A stretch of DNA of 57,140 nucleotides from Syntrophus aciditrophicus. Lineage in GTDB: Bacteria > Desulfobacterota > Syntrophia > Syntrophales > UBA8958. The translations under genes and the position numbers were made by a program. The notes below the pieces were generated by a model that was given only the letters and a program-made list of their open reading frames with translations, had not been told where the DNA came from and did not search any database. The first letter of the stretch is position 1. Every line of letters begins with the position of its first letter. The DNA is taken from the NCBI GenBank assembly GCA_020718905.1, contig DYRD01000005.1, positions 1 through 57,140 of the forward strand, written 5' to 3'. This document shows, piece after piece, positions 48,346 through 57,140 of this stretch.

Positions 48346-50157
48346 ATGGGTATAATCATTCATATGGTACCGGAACAAAACATGAAAAACGTTGTCGTCA
48401 AAGGAATCGGCGTCTCGCCGGGGGTAGTGATCGGCAAGGCCTACCTGTTTGATCGTCGGGATTCTCAGATTTCTTTTTATAAACTGGGTAAGGCCAGTCT
48501 GGTAACAAAGGAAGTCAAGAGGTTTCGAGACGCCCTGCGGGCCTCGGAGGCACAATTACGGGAGGTAAAGAGCCGTCTTAGCGAAGTAGCGGGACTCGAA
48601 CCGCTACATATTATGGATGTCCACATTATGCTTCTCAAAGACCGGTCCTTCGTGCGCAATGTTGTGCGTCTGATTAAGGAGACGTCTGTAAACGCCGAAT
48701 GGGCTGTCAGTATGACCGTCGATAAATACCGGGAGTTGTTTGAGAAAATGGATGATGAGTACCTCCGGGATCGCTTCAGCGATATCCGTTATGTAGGACA
48801 AATGATCCTCCGGCACCTTGCCGGCAGACGGCAGGAAACCATCTCTCCGCTGGGGGAGAGGGTCATAGTCATCGCCTCGGATTTATCTCCTGCCGATACG
48901 GCCCAGATGATGATCGACAAGGTTCTCGGTTTTGCCACCGATATCGGCAGCAAAACATCCCATACCGCTATTGTGGCCCGTTCCATTGCCATCCCTGCCG
49001 TTGTCGGCTTGGAGAAAGTCACCCGTTTGGTGCGGACAAACGATGATATTATTATCGACGGCGCCGCCGGTCTGGTCATTGTCAATCCCGATCCCGAGAT
49101 CCTCTTTCGTTATGAAGAAAAGAAGCATCTTCATCAGATGGCCCGGGAAGTATCCCTAAAATATGCAAAATTTCCGGCGATAACGAAGGACCACTATAAA
49201 ATTCAAATCGGCAGTAATATCGAATTCATTGAAGAAATTCCTTCCGCCATCGCAAACGGGGCCGAAGGGATTGGTCTGTACCGCACGGAATTCATTTATA
49301 TTAATCGCGAGGAGCTGCCAACTGAGGAAGACCACTTTCTCAATTACCGCCGGGTTATCGGTGTTGAAGGTCTGCAGTGGTCTACTATTCGCACGTTTGA
49401 CTTGGGAGGGGATAAATTCTTCTCCGATCCGAAGTTAGCCAAAGAGATGAATCCTCAGATGGGTTTACGGGCCATCCGTTTCTGCCTGCAAGAAGTCAAT
49501 TTGTTCAAAGTGCAGTTGCGAGCGATCCTGCGGGCCAGCGCCTTCGGGAAAACAAGAATTCTCTTCCCCATGATTTCGGGAATCGAGGAAATTCTCGCCG
49601 CTAAAAAGATCCTCGCGGAAGTCCGGGAAGATCTAAGGGTGGAAGGAGAGGCTGTAGGGGAGGACATTGAAATAGGCGCCATGATTGAGGTGCCTTCCGC
49701 GGTGGTCATCGCCGAAGCTCTTGCCAAGGAGGTTGATTTCTTCAGTATCGGGACAAACGATCTCATTCAGTATGTTTTGGCCATCGACCGGATCAATGAC
49801 CGCGTGTCCTACCTTTATGAGCCACTCCATCCGGCCGTCCTGAAGATGATCAAGGAGGTTGTCGATGCCGGTCATCGGGCCGGCATACCTGTTGCCATGT
49901 GCGGTGAAATGGCCGGTGATCCTTTATATGCGATGATTCTGCTGGCCCTGGAAATCGATGAACTGAGCATGAACCCCCTCGCCATTCCGAAGGTTAAAGA
50001 GATCATCCGGGCGGCGACCCTGAAGGATTCAAAAAAGCTCCTTAAAGAAGTAGTGAAGATGTCCTCGGCTGCGGAAATCCGGGAACTTGTGGAAAAGACC
50101 ATGCGGGAAAGATATCCCGCCGACTTTCCCGGAAACGGCACATTGATAAATGCGTAA
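48346..50157 (+). CDS. ptsI: Phosphoenolpyruvate--protein phosphotransferase (PTS enzyme I)
   Basis: GSKTSHTAIVARS active-site His motif and PEP-utilizer C-terminal IGTNDL, CGEMAG. The start may be the internal ATG at 48382. Confidence 0.9.
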   Translation: MGIIIHMVPEQNMKNVVVKGIGVSPGVVIGKAYLFDRRDSQISFYKLGKASLVTKEVKRFRDALRASEAQLREVKSRLSEVAGLEPLHIMDVHIMLLKDRSFVRNVVRLIKETSVNAEWAVSMTVDKYRELFEKMDDEYLRDRFSDIRYVGQMILRHLAGRRQETISPLGERVIVIASDLSPADTAQMMIDKVLGFATDIGSKTSHTAIVARSIAIPAVVGLEKVTRLVRTNDDIIIDGAAGLVIVNPDPEILFRYEEKKHLHQMAREVSLKYAKFPAITKDHYKIQIGSNIEFIEEIPSAIANGAEGIGLYRTEFIYINREELPTEEDHFLNYRRVIGVEGLQWSTIRTFDLGGDKFFSDPKLAKEMNPQMGLRAIRFCLQEVNLFKVQLRAILRASAFGKTRILFPMISGIEEILAAKKILAEVREDLRVEGEAVGEDIEIGAMIEVPSAVVIAEALAKEVDFFSIGTNDLIQYVLAIDRINDRVSYLYEPLHPAVLKMIKEVVDAGHRAGIPVAMCGEMAGDPLYAMILLALEIDELSMNPLAIPKVKEIIRAATLKDSKKLLKEVVKMSSAAEIRELVEKTMRERYPADFPGNGTLINA

Positions 50158-50178
50158 AGAAACGATTGTACACATTAA

Positions 50179-52818
50179 ATGATGCCTTTATTGGGAAAGA
50201 TGGAGAGATGGGTCCACGAATCTCGTCATTACAAGCGGGAAAGTTTGTATGCCGAGGGTAATTTCCCCTTGAACTGGCTCGTTAAGAAGGTCCTCTCCAA
50301 GATACCTTTTGATATGGAGGCTGTTGACTTTCTTAAGAAGCTTCATAGCGAGGGATTGGTCATTTACGCCCTGAAGGATCGCAGCCAGCTCAACAGCCTG
50401 ATCATCAGGGACCTGGCCTTGCGTAAAGGGCTTCCCACCCCCGTCTATAGCCATGATGTCAATATGACCATGTGGCAACCCTTCCTCATTGCCCTGCGTG
50501 TCACGGCGTCGCTTCTCCGGCGTCTTTTTTATCGCCCCAGAGAATCGGAAGAGAACGCCGACAATACACTCCGGGATCACGTTGCCGCCGGCAATACTTT
50601 TATCATTCATCTCGGGGGGTCTGAATTCTTCGAGAACAGGAAGGTTGAAGAGGCCCTTGCTTCCCTTGTTGATGCGCAAAAGATCTTTGACAGGCCGATA
50701 TATATCGTTCCTGTCCTCGTGACGTACGGGCGGAGGAGAGAAAAGGAAAAGGAGAGCCTGATGAATATCCTCTTCGGCCAGACGGATAATACCATGTTCC
50801 TCCAGCGCTTGATCACCTTTCTTCGCTATGCCAACAATATCTTCGTAATGCCCACGGACCCCGTGGAGTTGTCTCAGTTTATCAGTGAAAATGCAGAAAC
50901 GCCGACCGTGACTCTGATTAAGAATCTACGCCGGGAGCTGATCGAGCGAATTGACGAAGAGAAAACGGTTCTGGTGGGCACTTTCCTGAAATCACGGCAG
51001 GAGCATATCAGCATGGTCCTCAAAGAGCCGGGGCTTATCAATTACATGGAAAACATGGCTGCCGTGGGGAAAAAGGACTATCCTGCCCTGGCCAGAGAAG
51101 CACGAAAGTACCTTAATGAGATAGCCGCTGATTATAGTAATGTGCTTATTGAGGTGTGGGCGCGGATTTTGTCGTGGCTGTGGAACAATATCTATGACGG
51201 CGTTGTAGTCGACCGGGAAGGAATGGCAAGAATACGCAATATATCCAAGAAGATGCCATTTGTTGTCATCCCCTGTCACCGCAGCCATATTGATTATTTG
51301 CTTCTGTCTTATATCTTTTATGAGCATCATATTCAGTTGCCCTTCGTTGCCGCGGGAACGAATATGGCCTTCGGGCCCTTCGGGTATATCTTCAGAAAAT
51401 CGGGGGCCTTTTTTTTGCGACGGAGTTTTTGCGGCAATCCATTTTATGCGGAAGTCTTTGCCAAGTATCTGGAAGTTTTGATCAAGGAAGGATTGCCGAT
51501 CGAATTTTTCATTGAGGGGGGGCGCAGTCGGACCGGAAAGATGGTGATGCCGAAATATGGTCTCCTCTCAATGATAATTCAGGCTTTTCAGCAACAGGCC
51601 ACGGAAGATCTCGCTGCCATCCCCATATATATTGGTTATGACCGTGTTATCGAGGAGAAATCCTATTTGAAGGAATTGGGAGGGGCTCCCAAAGAACAGG
51701 AAAAAACGACGGATGTCATTAAAAGTTCCAAAGTGCTCCGCAAGCGTTATGGCAGCGTCTATGTGAACATTGGCGAACCTATATTCCTCAAATCCTATCT
51801 GGGCGGCCAGGATAACGCCTTTGCCGACATGAACGTCGAAGAAAGGCAGCGTCTGTATCGGCGGATCGGTTATGAGATTGCCTTATCCATCAATAAGGTG
51901 TCCGTCGTCACACCCTTTGCCATTATTTCCGCCGGTCTTTTATCCCATGATCGTCGCGGTGTCAGTCACGACGAACTGATGGAGATCCTAGATGAGTTTT
52001 ATGAATACCTAATCCATCGCCAAGTAAGTCTGGCGGCAACCTTTGTTCACCGTGAGAAGGCTATTCAGGACGCCTTGCTCCTTTTCGACCAGTCAGGACT
52101 GATTTCGAGGATGGGGGAAGAAGAGGGTGAAGAAGCGGACCTGGAGGAAATCGTCTACAGCCTCGACGACAGCAAACGCCTTAATCTCGAATATTATAAA
52201 AACAATATCCTCCATTTCTTTCTTCCCTTAAACTTCGTGGCCACATCCATGCTTGCCCATCCCGAAGATAACATTCCCCTCGGATTGATTCTTGAGGATT
52301 ATCGCTTCCTCAAACGGCTTTTCTGGAACGAGTTCATCTTCGATCAGGAGCGGGAGGAGGGAGAGGACGTGAACGGCGCCCTGTCCTATCTCCATAGCCG
52401 GGGGATGATTGCCGTGGAAAGGCGGGGTGAAAATGGGGACACATGCTTGGAAGTAAAAGGCAGGGGCAGGACAAACCTGCGACCCTTTGCCGGCCTTATC
52501 GAAAACTATATCCAGTCATACTGGGTTGTCATCCGGGCCTGCGCCTATCTGCGTAAAGGGCCGAAATCGGAAAAGGAGTGGCTGAAAAATATCCACAAGC
52601 TCGGGTCGAAGATGTTCAGAAAAGGAGAGGTCAGCCGGGCGGAAGCCCTCTCCCAGGCAAACTACCAGAATGCCATGATCGCCCTCCAGGAAGCCGGAAT
52701 TCTGAACCTGTCGGAAAGCATCGATAAAAGAGACAGGAAGGAAGGAAAGACTTACTCCCTAAACCCTGACCGGCGAGCCCAGGAATCTCTCCGCCGCCGC
52801 TTATTCCGTTTTCTGTAA
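50179..52818 (+). CDS. plsB: Glycerol-3-phosphate 1-O-acyltransferase
   Basis: HRSHIDYLLLS (HX4D), FFLRRSF and IEGGRSRTGK motifs, 879 aa. Confidence 0.85.
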   Translation: MMPLLGKMERWVHESRHYKRESLYAEGNFPLNWLVKKVLSKIPFDMEAVDFLKKLHSEGLVIYALKDRSQLNSLIIRDLALRKGLPTPVYSHDVNMTMWQPFLIALRVTASLLRRLFYRPRESEENADNTLRDHVAAGNTFIIHLGGSEFFENRKVEEALASLVDAQKIFDRPIYIVPVLVTYGRRREKEKESLMNILFGQTDNTMFLQRLITFLRYANNIFVMPTDPVELSQFISENAETPTVTLIKNLRRELIERIDEEKTVLVGTFLKSRQEHISMVLKEPGLINYMENMAAVGKKDYPALAREARKYLNEIAADYSNVLIEVWARILSWLWNNIYDGVVVDREGMARIRNISKKMPFVVIPCHRSHIDYLLLSYIFYEHHIQLPFVAAGTNMAFGPFGYIFRKSGAFFLRRSFCGNPFYAEVFAKYLEVLIKEGLPIEFFIEGGRSRTGKMVMPKYGLLSMIIQAFQQQATEDLAAIPIYIGYDRVIEEKSYLKELGGAPKEQEKTTDVIKSSKVLRKRYGSVYVNIGEPIFLKSYLGGQDNAFADMNVEERQRLYRRIGYEIALSINKVSVVTPFAIISAGLLSHDRRGVSHDELMEILDEFYEYLIHRQVSLAATFVHREKAIQDALLLFDQSGLISRMGEEEGEEADLEEIVYSLDDSKRLNLEYYKNNILHFFLPLNFVATSMLAHPEDNIPLGLILEDYRFLKRLFWNEFIFDQEREEGEDVNGALSYLHSRGMIAVERRGENGDTCLEVKGRGRTNLRPFAGLIENYIQSYWVVIRACAYLRKGPKSEKEWLKNIHKLGSKMFRKGEVSRAEALSQANYQNAMIALQEAGILNLSESIDKRDRKEGKTYSLNPDRRAQESLRRRLFRFL

Positions 52819-52825
52819 CCCTTTT

Positions 52826-55031
<2,206 letters not shown>

Positions 55032-55043
55032 GGTTAAATAGCT

Positions 55044-55517
55044 ATGACAGCAAAAGAAAAGAGTGCGGAAAAGATCATTGCCCAGAATAAAACGGCGCGC
55101 CTCCACTATTTTATCGATGAGACCTATGAGGCGGGCATTATTCTGGTAGGGACGGAGGTAAAATCCCTGCGGGAAGGGCGGGCCAATCTCAAGGACAGCT
55201 ATGCCGTGGTCAGGGAAGGGGAGGTGTTTCTCCATGAACTCCACATCAGTCCCTATACCTTCGGAAACCGCAATAATCATGAGCCGCTGCGCGTCCGGAA
55301 ACTCCTCCTCCATAATCGCGAGATCAAGCGTCTATACGGGAAATCCCGGGAGCGGGGCTTGAGCATCGTGCCTCTGAAGCTCTACTTCAAGCGGGGCAAG
55401 GTGAAGGTGGAAATCGGCGTCGGCCAGGGTAAAAAGCTCTATGATAAACGGGACGAACTAAAGAAGCGGGATGACCGCCGGGACATGGCCAGAGCCATGT
55501 CGGAGAAAAACAGGTAG
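55044..55517 (+). CDS. smpB: SsrA-binding protein
   Basis: [13 protein letters not shown]...GTEVKSLR...LLLHNREI signature, 157 aa. Confidence 0.95.
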   Translation: MTAKEKSAEKIIAQNKTARLHYFIDETYEAGIILVGTEVKSLREGRANLKDSYAVVREGEVFLHELHISPYTFGNRNNHEPLRVRKLLLHNREIKRLYGKSRERGLSIVPLKLYFKRGKVKVEIGVGQGKKLYDKRDELKKRDDRRDMARAMSEKNR

Positions 55518-55546
55518 GGCGTTTCCATCCTTGCAGCTCCTTTGTC

Positions 55547-55575
55547 TTGACTTTGCCCGATACAGGGTTTAATAT
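55547..55575 (+). promoter_or_regulatory. Sigma-70 promoter for ssrA
   Basis: TTGACT, a 17-nt spacer, then TAATAT, about 65 nt upstream of the mature tmRNA 5' end. Confidence 0.5.
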
Positions 55576-55641
55576 GCAGCCGTGTTTATGTTTTGCTCTT
55601 TGGCAGCGACCACTCCAAAAGGTGTATTCATTATCGCATAT

Positions 55642-55994
55642 GGGGGCGTCACGGTTTCGACGGGGATAGTTGAAGCTGTAGCAGCGTACCGAGGTTCCTA
55701 CAGGCCTCGTTAAACAGGTAGGAAAACCATAATCGCAGACAACTACGATTACGCCTTAGCCGCGTAAGACGGCTAACGTCCTCCTGACCATGCCTGCCGG
55801 GTCAGACAGGGCGCAATACAGGTAGGATAGCCGAACTCTCAGGCCTGGGGGGAGGGACGCGAAATCTTTCAGGATAGTCAAGGCTCATCCTGCCTTTGGG
55901 AGGGACTGTTGGCGAACGCAAATCAAAGGCTATGTACGTAGAACCTGCAGTGGAATATTTCCGGACGGGGGTTCAACTCCCCCCGCCTCCACCA
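55642..55994 (+). ncRNA. ssrA: tmRNA (transfer-messenger RNA)
   Basis: 5' GGGGGCGUCACGGUUUCGACGGGG. Tag ORF GCA GAC AAC TAC GAT TAC GCC TTA GCC GCG TAA (ADNYDYALAA) at 55735-55767. 3' tRNA-like end GGACGGGGGUUCAACUCCCCCCGCCUCCACCA. Follows smpB. Confidence 0.95.
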
Positions 55995-56119
55995 ATGGAT
56001 GGTTTTATCTAGTCCAAGGAAGTAAAAAACCCGTTAGAAATAGCTGGTTTTTTGTTGCCGGTTGTCCAAGGATGTGCTATAGAGTTTATCAAAATCCGGC
56101 GCCTAAAAGAATATCTCCA

Positions 56120-56260
56120 CTATCAGAAAACAAAATCAATACCGCAAGAATTACTGAGAAAGCTTACAGACTTTTTGACGGCGGTGGCCTCTTCCTTTTG
56201 ATCACGCCTAATGGAAGCAAAAGGTGGCGGTTCAAGTATCGCTTCGAAGGGAAGGAAAAA
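56120..56260 (+). pseudogene. P4-type tyrosine integrase, isolated N-terminal fragment
   Basis: LSENKINTARITEKAYRLFDGGGLFLLITPNGSKRWRFKYRFEGKEK matches the arm-binding N-terminus of tmRNA/tRNA-targeting integrases. Homology ends at 56260. Confidence 0.65.
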
Positions 56261-56414
56261 TGTTATCATTCGGCTGGAAGCCGAGAGAACACCCTCCGTT
56301 CGTGTCACTATTGATGGGAAAATTGAGATATGGAAGGGAAGCAACATCATACGTCTTTCATGGGATGAAGCCCAATTTATTGCAAACATGCTGACCAACA
56401 TAGTGAAGTGAGTT

Positions 56415-57089
56415 ATGCCACTGAATGACCTGAAAGTCCGAACTTCAAAGCCCAAAGAAAAACCTTTCCGTTACCGCTACGACGGCAAGGAGAAGCTGTT
56501 GTCTCTTGGCACATATCCCGATATCCCTTTCTGACGCCAGGCATCGGAGGGATGAAACCCGAAAGCAGATCGCCCACGGTATTGACCCCGGAGCCCTCCG
56601 TAAGGCCATGAAGCAGGCAGAGACCGAAGAAACAGAAACATTTGAGGTCATAGCCCGTGAATGGCACGCAAAATTTACACCGACATGGACGCCGGGACAT
56701 TCCGCCACGATCATGAGTCGCTTGGAACGTGATCTTTTCCCTTGGATTGGCAAGAAACCGATTGCATCAATTAAAGCCCCCGAACTTTTGGCTGTCCTTC
56801 GTCGTGTCGAAAGTCGGGGGGCTCTGGAATCGGCACATCGTATCAGGACTATCTCCGGACAAGTGTTCAGATATGCTGTTGCCACAGGAAGGGCCGAACG
56901 GGACCCGGCAGCGGATCTTCGAGGAGCATTACCACAACTAAGCGAAAAACATCTTGCAGCGATAACAGATCCGAAAAAAGTTGCACCACCTCTAAGGTCC
57001 TTAGACGGTTATCAGGGGCATTTCGTCGTAAAGTGCGCCCTCAGGCTACTTGCCCCCCTGTTTTTTGTCCGTCCTGGGGAACCACGTAG
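56415..57089 (+). pseudogene. P4-type tyrosine integrase with an internal deletion, a frameshift and 3' truncation by the terminal repeat
   Basis: MPLNDLKVRTSKPKEKPFR|YRYDGKEKLLSLGTYPDI lacks the DGGGLYL..P.GSK.WR block. There is a frameshift near 56525. It then reads SLSDARHRRDETRKQIAHGIDP...SGQVFRYAVATGRAERDPAADLRGAL...LLAPLFFVRPGE. The catalytic domain is missing, cut at 57089/57090. Confidence 0.75.
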
Positions 57090-57140
57090 AGAGGTGGTGG
57101 GGGTTGTTTGGACAGGATACAGGTTTTTATAAGTGGGAAA
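57090..57140. repeat. Right copy of the 51-nt perfect terminal inverted repeat
   Basis: Exact reverse complement of nt 2-52. It begins inside the integrase frame just after RPGE. Confidence 0.85.

Overview
This 57.1-kb segment is chromosomal and looks like it comes from an anaerobic deltaproteobacterium-like organism (Desulfobacterota-type). That taxonomic guess is inferred from gene content only.

The core backbone is intact:
- kdsD, lpxH and speB.
- A Tat-exported, Cys-type formate dehydrogenase operon (alpha, beta and gamma subunits plus accessory genes).
- rnhA, then uxs and ugd for the UDP-xylose route, rsmI and pgsA.
- tRNA-Val followed by thrS-infC-rpmI-rplT-pheS-pheT-ihfA and a MerR-type regulator.
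- A PTS IID gene with ptsH and ptsI, then plsB, eno, a ttcA-like gene, smpB and ssrA (tmRNA).
- A tRNA-Met.

I did not find a convincing new multi-gene system. There is no CRISPR array, no reverse transcriptase or retron, and no DGR-like repeat pair.

The signals that stand out are structural:
1. About 13 of roughly 58 protein genes are broken. The lesions are in-frame stops, homopolymer frameshifts, an 8-bp tandem duplication or truncation. All translation and central-metabolism genes stay intact.
2. The two window ends are a perfect 51-nt inverted repeat, and each copy cuts a gene. This suggests copies of one mobile element in opposite orientation, or a collapsed repeat at contig ends.
3. 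A 2.3-kb islet sits at tRNA-Met, bounded by a 48-nt duplicate of the tRNA 3' end. It carries an AbiEi/AbiEii toxin-antitoxin pair and an IS4 transposase remnant.
4. A decayed integrase graveyard follows tmRNA.
5. A sensor kinase is cut by TAA just before its H-box.
6. A TorD-like chaperone is frameshifted, and its corrected frame runs into a small FDH-associated Tat-target peptide gene.

All coordinates and lesions were read by eye from the sequence and the ORF track. Homology calls rest on motif recognition from memory, not on database searches.
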